Origin: a virus
Reading direction: 5' to 3' (one strand)
IMG/VR virus record: IMGVR_UViG_3300032236_001100
Location: 1 to 64,000 of that record
DNA length: 64,000 bases
The position numbers and the translations under genes were made by a program. The notes beneath the pieces are model-generated. The model saw nothing but the letters and a program-made list of their open reading frames with translations. It was not told the origin of the DNA and made no database searches. This document shows positions 35,993 to 45,932 of the stretch, in pieces. Within the stretch, counting starts at the first letter, position 1. Every line of letters starts with the position of its first letter.

Positions 35993-36487
35993 TCAGCGGA
36001 TGATTAGTGAACGCGATCTCACTACTTCAAAACGCTGGTCAGTCAGGATGTTGTTCTTCCACGACTGATAAGCCGCATCGCCATCCAACTCGATCTTGGT
36101 GCGACGATACTCGGATGGGATGTCTTCGACGACTCCCGTCCATTTGATGGACGGCCTGCTGGCCTGCTGGATGCGAGCCGAAAACCGAGGCGTCTTGATG
36201 CGGTCCAATTCCATCGCCTGGAGGCTTTTTGACATGTACGCCTTGAGACTGGCAGCGCGATTTTCAGCCACCTTCTTCCTGGCCTGAAGACGTTTGATTT
36301 CGGTCGCGAACGATTCGGCCTCCGACTCGGCTTCGCGTACCAGGCAGCACATCGAGTCGATCTTCGTCTCCAGGTTCTCTTGCAAGCCGTCAAACGACTG
36401 CTCAACTTCCGGCGAGAGTTCGCCATCGGATTCTTCGATCTGTTGCATCAGAATACGGTACGCATTGGGGATTTCGTACAGTTTCAC
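35993..36487 (-). CDS. Siphovirus Gp157-family protein
   Basis: KLYEI...E.K.D......EIKRL.ARKK..EN....LK.Y...IP.EY...SL.IR. Confidence 0.85.
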   Translation of the reverse strand: MKLYEIPNAYRILMQQIEESDGELSPEVEQSFDGLQENLETKIDSMCCLVREAESEAESFATEIKRLQARKKVAENRAASLKAYMSKSLQAMELDRIKTPRFSARIQQASRPSIKWTGVVEDIPSEYRRTKIELDGDAAYQSWKNNILTDQRFEVVRSRSLIIR

Positions 36488-36582
36488 GGGTTGCCCTCTT
36501 CGATCCAGTGGACTAGGTAAAAGAACAGAAACATCAAGCCGACTAAACCAGCGGCTAATCCGACATTCACAAGTACGCCCAT
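36484..36582 (-). CDS. 32-aa membrane peptide (not in ORF track)
   Basis: MGVLVNVGLAAGLVGLMFLFFYLVHWIEEGNP; start and stop overlap both neighbours. Confidence 0.45.
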   Translation of the reverse strand: MGVLVNVGLAAGLVGLMFLFFYLVHWIEEGNP

Positions 36583-37178
36583 CAGGGAACACCTGCTAAA
36601 CCACGCACTTGCGATGGGTCTTGCTTCTTCTTGGCCAAAGAAGTCTTTCTGATCAGAACGTCACCCTTGCGGATAGCATCCCAGGCTTGCCAACCCTCAC
36701 CGCACACGAGAACAACAGGATCGGCCTTCTCTTCGTTCTCGGTACGCCCATCCTTGATTTCCACCATGTGGCCAGATTTGGTCAGGCCCCAGTTCGGGCG
36801 ATTGATACGCTCAACAACCAATGCTTTGGGTTGCTTGCGAGTTGCCACATAACCTGGATCATGAGGCTTATCTTGCAGCTCCATCCAAGCCTGGGTGAAC
36901 GCATACTCCAAGTCCTTGAGTCGGTCAGGCTGGGCCTCGAAGATGTCCCAGGCTCGGTCATTGAATCGCAGCCAGGAAGCCTCCAGGCCGTTCATGAGCA
37001 ACGCCCGGCCCCACTCAGCCCAGGGCGCATCGCACGGACCTTCCATCGCCTCGATGGTGGACTCAATGACATCGTCGTCCAAGAGATCGAATGGATCAGG
37101 CACTTTCGATCTCCCCTGGCTTGAGTTCACCTTTACTCCAGGGAACCATGATCCCGAAGTGGTTGTCGGACGAACCAA
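36582..37178 (-). CDS. Hypothetical protein
   Basis: ORF in operon; start uncertain. Confidence 0.55.
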   Translation of the reverse strand: MVRPTTTSGSWFPGVKVNSSQGRSKVPDPFDLLDDDVIESTIEAMEGPCDAPWAEWGRALLMNGLEASWLRFNDRAWDIFEAQPDRLKDLEYAFTQAWMELQDKPHDPGYVATRKQPKALVVERINRPNWGLTKSGHMVEIKDGRTENEEKADPVVLVCGEGWQAWDAIRKGDVLIRKTSLAKKKQDPSQVRGLAGVP

Positions 37179-37776
37179 TTTCGATCCACCCGGACATCAC
37201 GGCTGATTCGTTCCAGAGCGACTCACGACAAATGATCCGCAGACATGTATCAGCCTGCTGAACGCATAACGCTTGACCCACAAGAGCCTGGTCAACCAGG
37301 AACACCTTGTCCGCAAACCTGGGATGCGTGAAGTAGACGATGTCCTGTTCCAGAACCGTCTTCTGCTGACTGGCCTTCTGGAGTTCGCTGGACTCTTCGG
37401 CGTTATCGAAGAAGTCACGAGGCAGCAGGATGCAATCGGCGTTACCAAATGACTTACGCCCCAGCATGTCCTCCACGATATCCCAGAAGCTCCAGGTCGC
37501 ATCAGGACGAGCATGACCAAGGTACGAGTCCAGGTCGCACAAGCACTTGTTCTCGAAGAGATAGTGCAGCGAAATGATGGACTTGATGTGACCGGGCATG
37601 AGCGATTCAAAGGTAACGGGATCGTCGGCAGGCTCCCCTTCGGGATTGGGCCATGCAACCACCTCTTGCTGCGTGGTCTCAGGCGACTTGTCAGGCGAGT
37701 CCTCACGGTGGCATCGAGCCACCAGTGGGAACCTGTTCGCCGTCATCGTGATGGCAAGCTCGGACACGTTTTTCAT
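37096..37776 (-). CDS. Hypothetical protein
   Basis: ATGA-coupled to the upstream gene. Confidence 0.6.
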   Translation of the reverse strand: MKNVSELAITMTANRFPLVARCHREDSPDKSPETTQQEVVAWPNPEGEPADDPVTFESLMPGHIKSIISLHYLFENKCLCDLDSYLGHARPDATWSFWDIVEDMLGRKSFGNADCILLPRDFFDNAEESSELQKASQQKTVLEQDIVYFTHPRFADKVFLVDQALVGQALCVQQADTCLRIICRESLWNESAVMSGWIEIGSSDNHFGIMVPWSKGELKPGEIESA

Positions 37777-38597
37777 TGGTCTAACCACCGTATTGCTTGA
37801 ATTGCCCTGAACTTGTCAATAACACCCCAGTAGCGTAAAAATGGTCGCAATGGCCACTCGAGAACCTCGCTTCTGGAAACACGGTCCCTGATACTCTTCC
37901 TGCTGTGCGTGCTACCGAATGCTCCCATCTTTTTCAGCAGTAGAAACTCATCGAGATCCACGGTTGAAAACACTTGGCAAAGGTGAGTTTGCTTGTTTGG
38001 GATGCCTGGTATTTTCAGGTCCGGCGCGCCGTCAAACTGGCTGCACCAACAGTTCTTTCTGGAGTGGCGAGGTGATCCGATGTCAAAGTATTCATAGCGA
38101 CTCGTGAAACCAAGTCTTCTGAGCAGGTGAACGACAAGACGCCTTGTGAATTCAATGTGCGTCCGAGCCATGTTTCCGGTCGCACAAACATTCAGCACCT
38201 CGATCTGATGCTTGTTGATCCACTCGGCAATCTTTGCAGACTTGTCCGAGATCGGCCTTTCTATTGGGCACAAGTAAGAAAGTCTTCGGTAGTCATGAAC
38301 ATACGTGCGAACCACCAAAGCACCAGACGCATGCATCGGCCCAATCCACAGTGTTGCGTCCGAATCTCTCACTGTTCGTCGAGTGACTTCTTTCTTTGCA
38401 GACCAAGAAGCATCCTTGTGTGTTTCAATCTCTTTGACTCCGTAGGGCACCAGCCATGTGTCGTGCCATTCTCCTTGACGGAAAAACGGCAGGCACCAGC
38501 CTCCTGTCTCTAGGCCGTACCGCCTGGCGGCAATCAGAGCCTCTTGGCAAGCACCAGGCTTGCAGTTCGTGACAATCTTTGTGAGTGTGGTAGTCAT
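37773..38597 (-). CDS. SLOG-superfamily (putative Mo-carrier / cpYpsA-like) protein with divergent motifs
   Basis: GGWC, RTVRDSDATL, IEVLNV. Confidence 0.65.
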   Translation of the reverse strand: MTTTLTKIVTNCKPGACQEALIAARRYGLETGGWCLPFFRQGEWHDTWLVPYGVKEIETHKDASWSAKKEVTRRTVRDSDATLWIGPMHASGALVVRTYVHDYRRLSYLCPIERPISDKSAKIAEWINKHQIEVLNVCATGNMARTHIEFTRRLVVHLLRRLGFTSRYEYFDIGSPRHSRKNCWCSQFDGAPDLKIPGIPNKQTHLCQVFSTVDLDEFLLLKKMGAFGSTHSRKSIRDRVSRSEVLEWPLRPFLRYWGVIDKFRAIQAIRWLDQ

Positions 38598-38686
38598 GTT
38601 GCAATAAAGTTAACGTCAACTTGCCTGATCCGTCAAGCCTCGTTATATTCATTGGGCGAAAATTTTTCTCTGGTGCCAAAATCCCA

Positions 38687-39490
38687 ATGCCATACACAAT
38701 TCGGAACCGCATGGGCGGCGAGATCTGCACGATTGCAGAAGCCGATACCGTTCGGCAGGCCGTGGAGATCGCATCTCTCCGCGAGATCAGCCTGTCCTAC
38801 GCCAATCTGCATGGAGCCACGCTCTGCGCTCTGGACGCACCCAACGTGGACCTGTGCCACGCCGACCTGACCGGGTGCAACCTGAGTTACTCCAACCTGA
38901 GAGACGCCAAGCTCTTATTCGCAGACTTCGGTGGATCGACCCTGAAGTCCGCAAACCTGTTTGGCGCAAATGCCATCTACGCCAATTTTCATGAGTGCAA
39001 CCTCACAGGGTCCAACATGAAGCACATGGATCTGACGGGAGCCAACCTGTCAGACGCTGACCTTACGAGCTGCAATCTGTTCAAGGCCGATCTTGATGGT
39101 GCCGTGGTCAGTAGGGCAACGGGACTTGATACAGCAGAAGGAGCATCGCTCGCATTAGCCAAGCAGCGAATTGTTCCAGATACAGGTCCGTTCCGTGGCT
39201 ACAAGGCGTTCCGCGATGGCGTGGTCGCTCTCGTGGTGATCCAAAAGACTGTCAACAGGACAAATGGCCCGAATCGCTGGTGCCGCGCGGAATCAGTCAC
39301 AGTTATCAGAATCTACAACGGCGACAACGCCGTCACGCTCAAGCAAGGCAGAATCTATGGCGTAACGGGCGTCATAAGGGCCGATGGATTTGACAGCTCG
39401 CCCACGGACGAAGGTCAGGGAATCTCGTTCTTCATGACACGCGAAGAGGCCGAGGCGTTCGACTGGTCCCCAGAGGATGACAACTCATGA
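38687..39490 (+). CDS. Pentapeptide-repeat protein
   Basis: A(D/N)LxG repeats; C-terminal GYK...CRA...GISFF.T..EA domain. Confidence 0.9.
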   Translation: MPYTIRNRMGGEICTIAEADTVRQAVEIASLREISLSYANLHGATLCALDAPNVDLCHADLTGCNLSYSNLRDAKLLFADFGGSTLKSANLFGANAIYANFHECNLTGSNMKHMDLTGANLSDADLTSCNLFKADLDGAVVSRATGLDTAEGASLALAKQRIVPDTGPFRGYKAFRDGVVALVVIQKTVNRTNGPNRWCRAESVTVIRIYNGDNAVTLKQGRIYGVTGVIRADGFDSSPTDEGQGISFFMTREEAEAFDWSPEDDNS

Positions 39491-39996
39491 AGCTGATCGT
39501 AGGAATTGACCCTGGTATCTCAGGGGGTGTTGCCATCATGGATACTGAAGGCAATGCCAAGTCGTGGTATCCCATGCCCGTGACCAATGGCAAGAAGAAC
39601 ACGATTGACCCGGTGGGCCTGAGCGGCCTGCTCATGTACAAAGACGATGTCTTGATTGCCGACATCATTAAGCTGTGCGTGATCGAGGATGTTCATGCCA
39701 TGCCCAAGCAGGGCGTCTCATCCATGTTTTCGTTTGGCAGGTCACTGGGCATCATCCAGGGGGTGGTCGCTACGCTGGGCATTCCCTACCAGTTTGTCAC
39801 GCCCCAGAAGTGGAAGAAAACCGTACTGGACGGGTTCCCCAACAAAGACAAGAACGATGCTGCCACGTTCTGTAACCGGCGATGGCCCTATGCTGACTTC
39901 CGTGCTTCCACGCGAAGCAAGAAGCCACACGAAGGCATTGTCGAAGCCATGTGCATGGCCGAATACGGCAGGAGGGTGCTATGCCCGAACGTGTGA
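39487..39996 (+). CDS. RuvC-like Holliday junction resolvase
   Basis: IVGIDPG.SGG.A, IE.VHAMPKQGVSS.FSFG, P..WKK. Confidence 0.88.
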   Translation: MKLIVGIDPGISGGVAIMDTEGNAKSWYPMPVTNGKKNTIDPVGLSGLLMYKDDVLIADIIKLCVIEDVHAMPKQGVSSMFSFGRSLGIIQGVVATLGIPYQFVTPQKWKKTVLDGFPNKDKNDAATFCNRRWPYADFRASTRSKKPHEGIVEAMCMAEYGRRVLCPNV

Positions 39997-40235
39997 GCGC
40001 GAGAGCCATCTACGACCTGTTGATCGAACACAAGCGACCAGGCGATGGTTTGCCCGATCCACTTGATGCCACGCTTCTGGCGAACGCCAAGCGTCTTTAT
40101 GACGCTGTCGTCAAGTTCGAGAAAGTGGCAGGCAAGTACAGGGATAGCTCGGAAGTTCTGGATAACCTTGACTGCTGGGGCGAAGTGACAGAAGCAATCG
40201 AGAGGATCGACGGGAGTATCTATGACAACAATTGA
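39981..40235 (+). CDS. Hypothetical protein
   Basis: AGGAGG upstream of ATG 39981. Confidence 0.6.
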   Translation: MPERVSARAIYDLLIEHKRPGDGLPDPLDATLLANAKRLYDAVVKFEKVAGKYRDSSEVLDNLDCWGEVTEAIERIDGSIYDNN

Positions 40236-40722
40236 CGACAAAGCCTGGATAGCAGAGTGCGAGGAGCAGAACTACAAGCTGGCGTTGATCGAAGTCGAGA
40301 TGGCTCTTTCATCATTGATCAATGCTTGGGGTAGCCGCAAACCGATCAAGCCCCATCTGGATCAGGGCAAGTATGCCCTCAAAGAGCTTCAACGATTGCG
40401 GATCGACGGATACTACTCAATTGTTTGCCGTGAGGCACCAAGCAAACTGGAGCCTGCCAGGGAAGCAATCAGTGAGCAGATCTCGCTCACGGCAACCGAG
40501 AAGAAGGAAGACAATCACTCGGTCCTACATTACGATCTGGAAAATTCCACCGTAACGATCAGCACGGAGGAACACGAATACCTGCCAAGATTGCTGGCTG
40601 TCTACGTGCCGCCATTCCATCCACCCAGTGACGGTGGATTGATCAAGGTGGTTGCCCACCTTTACAGCGTCGTCAACGGAATGGCGTTCTACTCGCTTGA
40701 AATCGACCGCAGCGATTCTTGA
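40222..40722 (+). CDS. Hypothetical protein
   Basis: GGGAG RBS. Confidence 0.65.
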   Translation: MTTIDDKAWIAECEEQNYKLALIEVEMALSSLINAWGSRKPIKPHLDQGKYALKELQRLRIDGYYSIVCREAPSKLEPAREAISEQISLTATEKKEDNHSVLHYDLENSTVTISTEEHEYLPRLLAVYVPPFHPPSDGGLIKVVAHLYSVVNGMAFYSLEIDRSDS

Positions 40723-40729
40723 TCCCACG

Positions 40730-40770
40730 AAAAAACCCGCCTGACCATTTGGCCGGGCGGGTTCTATTTT
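40730..40770. terminator. Bidirectional intrinsic terminator
   Basis: AACCCGCC/GGCGGGTT stem flanked by A- and T-rich runs between convergent genes. Confidence 0.75.
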
Positions 40771-40794
40771 ATGTTGGTTGTCTCCGCGCGGAGA

Positions 40795-41466
40795 CTAATC
40801 TTCGAGGATCGCCTTGAGTTCGTCTTTGGCCAGATGATAGAGAACCCTGGCCCAGCTGCCCGTCACGCCAAACTCGGCTCCAATGTCCGAGAACAGCATC
40901 GGGTTGCCATCGTCCCAACCGTGCCGCATCTTGATGATCTCGCGGCTCACGATGGGTAGCATGTCAAGCATATCGGTCAGATATTCGCGTTCATCCAGAT
41001 TGTCGATCTGGTGGAAGTCGCCATCGTCCTGCAATCCTTCGCAATGCTCCACCCATGTCTCAATCTGGCTCACATCCGTGGCACCCACAGCTTCCAGAGC
41101 AAACGCAGCGATCCTCTGGTCATGATACGTGTCTGACTTCACATCGCCAGGCAGTGGCACAATCAGCATGCCTCGCAGCTTGCGGATCATCCTGCGCAGG
41201 ATCGACCGCTTGGCATACACATAGAATATCGTGCCTGATGCCAGGTCAAAGTGACGTGATGCCAGCAAGAGAGCAATCGAGCCTTCCTGAACCATGTCAG
41301 GGGCCAGCGATTGCCGCCTGGGTTTCGACCAGCCGTGCATCACCTGTTTCGCGCAATGCTTGATCAGAGGGATATTGATACGAATAAGTTCGTCTGTCGC
41401 CTCAGTATCGCCCTGCTGGACGAGAGTGACGAGACGCCGGTTAATGACATCATCTATTTCACACAC
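40795..41466 (-). CDS. Sigma-70 family RNA polymerase sigma factor 2
   Basis: GD.EA..ELI..N, DM.QEG.IAL..A...FD...G..F..YA, region 4 HTH. Confidence 0.88.
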   Translation of the reverse strand: MCEIDDVINRRLVTLVQQGDTEATDELIRINIPLIKHCAKQVMHGWSKPRRQSLAPDMVQEGSIALLLASRHFDLASGTIFYVYAKRSILRRMIRKLRGMLIVPLPGDVKSDTYHDQRIAAFALEAVGATDVSQIETWVEHCEGLQDDGDFHQIDNLDEREYLTDMLDMLPIVSREIIKMRHGWDDGNPMLFSDIGAEFGVTGSWARVLYHLAKDELKAILED

Positions 41467-42649
41467 TGGCTTTTCCTGGCTTTAAGTTGAGATCCTTGAG
41501 GATTCCTGTGGCTTCGAGTGCTGCAATCAGTTTGTCCCCGGTGTTTGACCATGAGAAACGTCTAGCCTGCTCTGCCGACTTTGGTGCCATCTCTGCAATC
41601 AGTTCTCGGTTGCGATGGGAAAACTGAAACTTGTTGACCATGTCCTCGTAAACCGGGACCATCCAGTCGCCTTTTGCCTCGTAAGTATCACGAGCGGTAT
41701 CCCAGTCGTAATCCACAGGCACGCATGTACCGGGCGCATAATAGTCAGCCATTGCCGTACCAAGGCAGGTGATCGGCGGTCGGCCTAACGCCATGAACTG
41801 GTGAATGTGCAGGCCCCAGCCCTCGCCACGCGAGCAGAACGCTCCTACGGTCGCCTGACGGCACCAGTCCACTAGCTCCTCGGTAGACATCGTGTGATCG
41901 TAGATCTTGATCCGGCGATCTCGTGGGAGCCTGGATAAGTACGTCGCACAGTCGGTGAAGCACTTGATACGGAACTCGACTGGCTCATCGCCTTTGGGGA
42001 ACGCCTCGCAGAACGCCCTGGCCATGTCCACCGTATTCTTGCGGATGCCGCCATGCGAGTGCCGTGCTGCCGTGGCAAAGATCGTCGGGCCGTCTACCGG
42101 AGGTGGTCCCAGGTATTGCCATTCGGTGGGATCAATTCCCAAAGGCACCACATAGATCGGCTTCGTCACGCCTTGTTGCTGGAAGCAGTGCCTGTTGAAC
42201 GTGCAAGGCACAATCACAGACTCAGACTGATTGAACACGCCCACGGCATGATCAGCCATGTGGGTAGACTCCCACATGGTGAAGAAGATCGACTTCTTGG
42301 TTTCACGTAGGGGCGTGGACGGCACCGATAGCAGCAGTTCCCAGCGGTCCACCGGCAGCGAGACCAGCCGATCCCTGATGAACGGCTGGACTGGAGCAAA
42401 CTCCTCGACCACTGAAATCGGATCATACGCGACCGGAATTCCTCGGGCTTCCAGCTCCATTCCCAGCCGCTCGGCCAGCTGGCCGTATCCCCCGTGAGCG
42501 TAGAGATGGCAGCGGATTACAATGCGCTGGTTCGGCGTCTGATAGCGAGAAACCACGCCACCGACCGGCACCGGGTTATCTCGCCGGTCAGCACACTGGT
42601 TCAGGCTTTGCAGCCAGGCGATCCGATTGGGACTGGTATTCTGGGACAT
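41459..42649 (-). CDS. Glycosyltransferase (GT-B, GT4-like)
   Basis: GYG, FTMWES, VVPLGID, RKN, SRGEGWGL....MALG.P.I. Confidence 0.88.
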   Translation of the reverse strand: MSQNTSPNRIAWLQSLNQCADRRDNPVPVGGVVSRYQTPNQRIVIRCHLYAHGGYGQLAERLGMELEARGIPVAYDPISVVEEFAPVQPFIRDRLVSLPVDRWELLLSVPSTPLRETKKSIFFTMWESTHMADHAVGVFNQSESVIVPCTFNRHCFQQQGVTKPIYVVPLGIDPTEWQYLGPPPVDGPTIFATAARHSHGGIRKNTVDMARAFCEAFPKGDEPVEFRIKCFTDCATYLSRLPRDRRIKIYDHTMSTEELVDWCRQATVGAFCSRGEGWGLHIHQFMALGRPPITCLGTAMADYYAPGTCVPVDYDWDTARDTYEAKGDWMVPVYEDMVNKFQFSHRNRELIAEMAPKSAEQARRFSWSNTGDKLIAALEATGILKDLNLKPGKASV

Positions 42650-42732
42650 GCAATCAACCTACGAAAACACCGAAAAGAATCCACCGTATTATTATAGCCA
42701 GAAAGTACACATGTATATCTAGTGATGCGAAG

Positions 42733-43290
42733 TCAATCCACGATGGGCAGGTCTGGGCAAACGTGGCAGTCGTGCCTGTAGACGATCACATGGTCTTTCT
42801 TGACGCACCGGGCAGCACCGCAGCATAGTTCCAGCCGCTTGGGGCAAGTCCGTATTCGCCTGCCGATGGCATCGCCCATGCCCAGCACCGGCACCGGCGG
42901 TTCGATGATGCTTTCCACGGAAGGACACAGGACCGGCCTGCAAGCCATCCTGGCGATCTCGTGAGCCAGGTCGATGTTTGACTCAACGTACAGCGGCAAG
43001 CCGCTCAGACGGTAAGCCTCGGCCTTCCAGCGAGCCATCTGCTCGAAGCCTGGGTATTCGTCGGTGGGCCGCATGACCAGGCGGTAGACCACGAGTTCGT
43101 GTTTGGCGAACCAGTCCAGGGTGAGGTCGCGGTAGGAATCGCTTCGGCCCGTGATCACCAACTGGATCGGGTGCGTGGGCACGTACAGGGGCCGGGCATT
43201 CGCCGGATCGAAGATCCCGCCAGTCGGGTCCTCGCAAAGAATGCCGTCGAGGTCGAAAGCGGCCTGTGCTGTGTCGTGCGCAAAGATCAT
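42733..43290 (-). CDS. HAD-superfamily phosphatase-like protein with Cys-rich tail
   Basis: FDLDG, ITGR, K and YVES motifs. Confidence 0.75.
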   Translation of the reverse strand: MIFAHDTAQAAFDLDGILCEDPTGGIFDPANARPLYVPTHPIQLVITGRSDSYRDLTLDWFAKHELVVYRLVMRPTDEYPGFEQMARWKAEAYRLSGLPLYVESNIDLAHEIARMACRPVLCPSVESIIEPPVPVLGMGDAIGRRIRTCPKRLELCCGAARCVKKDHVIVYRHDCHVCPDLPIVD

Positions 43291-45932
43291 TTGTAGAAGA
43301 TCGTGTAGGTAACATCGTCGAAGCTGACGTAGGTATCGCTTGTGTCACCGCCAGCCGCTACGCCATTCAGGATCAGCTTGATGTTGGAGTTGGATGCCTG
43401 CATCCCGGTAGGGACCAGGGTGTTCGAGCAAACCACCTGTCGCCAGGTATTGGGAAAGGCTGGCTGGATCTGCTCGGACATCCGCATGGTGCCCACAGTA
43501 TTACCATTGCTGTCGGCAAGAACGTGCGGTCCATAGGTACTGGAAACGACACCGCCCCGTCCGTTTTCTTTGAGGTTCAAGCCAATCGACTGGACTTGGG
43601 CACCAGCAGGCACCCCCAGGCTCTGCCATGTGCCTGAGTAAACGAACGAGAATGGAACATCGGCAGCATGCGTACTGCTGGCAAACCCAGACAGGCACCC
43701 GTTGGTGGCTCCATGCGAGCTATCCCAAATCGTGCCGATCGTACCATCGTAAGTGGGGTAGCCAGTCCAACCTTCGCTGTTGGACGTGAAAGTAAATTGC
43801 TTTTGCTTGATCGAGTAGTCACTTCGCTTGCCATGCGAAATCGAGACTGAGGTGATACCGAGTATGGTCGATGCATCACCAGTGACAGCATAAGTATCGG
43901 TTTCGGTGGTCGAATTGTAAGTAGGAGAGGAAAGACCTACTTGTATTTTAGTGTTATATCCACTGGCTGTCTGTCTTCCCAATATCGTTCCGCTGGGTAA
44001 TGTGTTGCCATTAAGAGAGGCACACTGCGGATGATTTCCGATCATCCAGTAAAATAAGTCCAGATGAGGTCCATAGTAACCTCCTGCATTCTTTGTTGAA
44101 GAACTAAAATTGTCGTAATAGTAGACAGGATAACCCTGGACAATCTCAAATCTGTCTTTTTCGACATTGTATGATGCACAATCCTGAAGAATAGTGCTTG
44201 TAAATAAACACCTCTCTGGAATCAATTCGGGCGGACCAGCTAGACCATAGTTACTGTTGCCAACCGCATGCATCGAAGCCAGGGAAGCCTTGTTTGATTG
44301 ATTGTTGTCCGAAATTGAAACGGGGTCCATCAGGATCGGCAGCGTGTTCAATGTAGTCGTATCAAAGTTAGATGCCGTAATAGTAACACCAGAGACTCCA
44401 AGATCACTGGCAAGCGAGCCTGTAAATAAAAACTCATACGACTGTCCATAGCCAGTGCTTACATACGATGAAGCTGACTCCGTGACGATATCCTGGTCGC
44501 GTCCTGCGTAACTTCCCGTGTAATATCCGTTAAACTTATAGGCTGCAATCGTCAACGTAGGTCGGTAGTTGTAATAGTCCATATTAAAGTAATACCAGTA
44601 CACAATATTTGTCTGCGTGGAGTTCGTCTTGTATCCAGACGCAACAGTAAAATAAAGAGTCGTATGCGTTGCCTGCGTGTAAGCTAGATCGCTGTGCTTA
44701 TGCAAAAGCGAGCCATCGGAAGGATAACCAACACTTGTGTCTTTGGTTAAACTAGGATCAAACGAAACGCAAGCGTTTACAAGATTATTGCCTATATTAC
44801 TGTCAGAAATCTGAACGTAATTTCCAGGCCCATAAGCAAACTCATCAAGAGAAACTGAGTACTTATAATAGTTGGAAAAATTATCCTGGCACCCAACGTC
44901 TTCCAGTGTCACATAGCTCAACCCAGTGACTGCCGGTAGGCCCGTGGCAGAAAAATCGAATTTAACTTGAATTGGATTATTGGTCGCGGATGAGGTGGCC
45001 ACATATTCTTTGAGGCCAGTGCCTGTCTCTGTCCCATAGGCAACAGGTCGCTCAACCGAACTTCGCACTATGGTCGATACCGTCGCGGTCAATGTCGTGG
45101 ATTCAATGTTGCTCTGGGTTGTTCCTGCCGTCCTGCTCATTCGCCACGAAATAGCATATGTACCACTTACGGTTGCAGTTCCTGAGTACACTGTACCAGT
45201 GCGTAGCGACCATCCAGCCCCGGAGTAGTCTAACTGAGTCGCACCGCCATTGTTATCCGAGACTTTAAGGGATCGCAACGCTCGTGGCCGAGAACGATAC
45301 ACTAGAGATGAGGCCAAAGGATAGCTGCTAAGATAAAATTGACTTGGCGTGTTCACTGCCGAAAGTGGACTCAGTGTACCAGAAAAGTAAATCCGATAGG
45401 TCAGAGAAGACAAATAGTCATTAAAGACTGAGGTTTTGTCGCTCAGGATTTGAGCGTAATAGCCAGGAACCACAACAACACTGCTTGTCTGACTCGGGTC
45501 AATCACCCAGAAGCCATCGGCATTGCGTTTGAAATGATAGGACGCACCTGTAGAGATATCGGCAGGATATCCATCACGGTCGATCCAGATGGGGTAAGGC
45601 ACCTTGAATCCAACGTACCCACTGCGATCCGTTCTGCCGACAAACCGTGGGTGTTCACTTTCGTAGAAATTGATGCCCGATGGAATGCTAGTCACAGGCT
45701 GGAAACCAATACCAATAGCCACGTATTGATTTTCTAACGGCAAGCCGTTGCAACCAAACAGACGGATCAGGAAGTTGATGCTCTTGCCTTTGCCGTTCTG
45801 TTGGCCATTGGATGTCATCATGACATCCTGCGCGAACTGGCCAACCTTGTCAGCCAGACTGTTTGTGGATCGGGCAAGACGATCAGACCTCTGTTCCAGA
45901 AATCGCAAGCGTGCTTCGATCTCACTAATCAT
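43287..45932 (-). CDS. Putative tail fibre / receptor-binding protein
   Basis: 881 aa, S/T/Y/G-rich beta-type composition, N-terminal coiled coil, last tail gene, lower-GC core. Confidence 0.6.
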   Translation of the reverse strand: MISEIEARLRFLEQRSDRLARSTNSLADKVGQFAQDVMMTSNGQQNGKGKSINFLIRLFGCNGLPLENQYVAIGIGFQPVTSIPSGINFYESEHPRFVGRTDRSGYVGFKVPYPIWIDRDGYPADISTGASYHFKRNADGFWVIDPSQTSSVVVVPGYYAQILSDKTSVFNDYLSSLTYRIYFSGTLSPLSAVNTPSQFYLSSYPLASSLVYRSRPRALRSLKVSDNNGGATQLDYSGAGWSLRTGTVYSGTATVSGTYAISWRMSRTAGTTQSNIESTTLTATVSTIVRSSVERPVAYGTETGTGLKEYVATSSATNNPIQVKFDFSATGLPAVTGLSYVTLEDVGCQDNFSNYYKYSVSLDEFAYGPGNYVQISDSNIGNNLVNACVSFDPSLTKDTSVGYPSDGSLLHKHSDLAYTQATHTTLYFTVASGYKTNSTQTNIVYWYYFNMDYYNYRPTLTIAAYKFNGYYTGSYAGRDQDIVTESASSYVSTGYGQSYEFLFTGSLASDLGVSGVTITASNFDTTTLNTLPILMDPVSISDNNQSNKASLASMHAVGNSNYGLAGPPELIPERCLFTSTILQDCASYNVEKDRFEIVQGYPVYYYDNFSSSTKNAGGYYGPHLDLFYWMIGNHPQCASLNGNTLPSGTILGRQTASGYNTKIQVGLSSPTYNSTTETDTYAVTGDASTILGITSVSISHGKRSDYSIKQKQFTFTSNSEGWTGYPTYDGTIGTIWDSSHGATNGCLSGFASSTHAADVPFSFVYSGTWQSLGVPAGAQVQSIGLNLKENGRGGVVSSTYGPHVLADSNGNTVGTMRMSEQIQPAFPNTWRQVVCSNTLVPTGMQASNSNIKLILNGVAAGGDTSDTYVSFDDVTYTIFYK

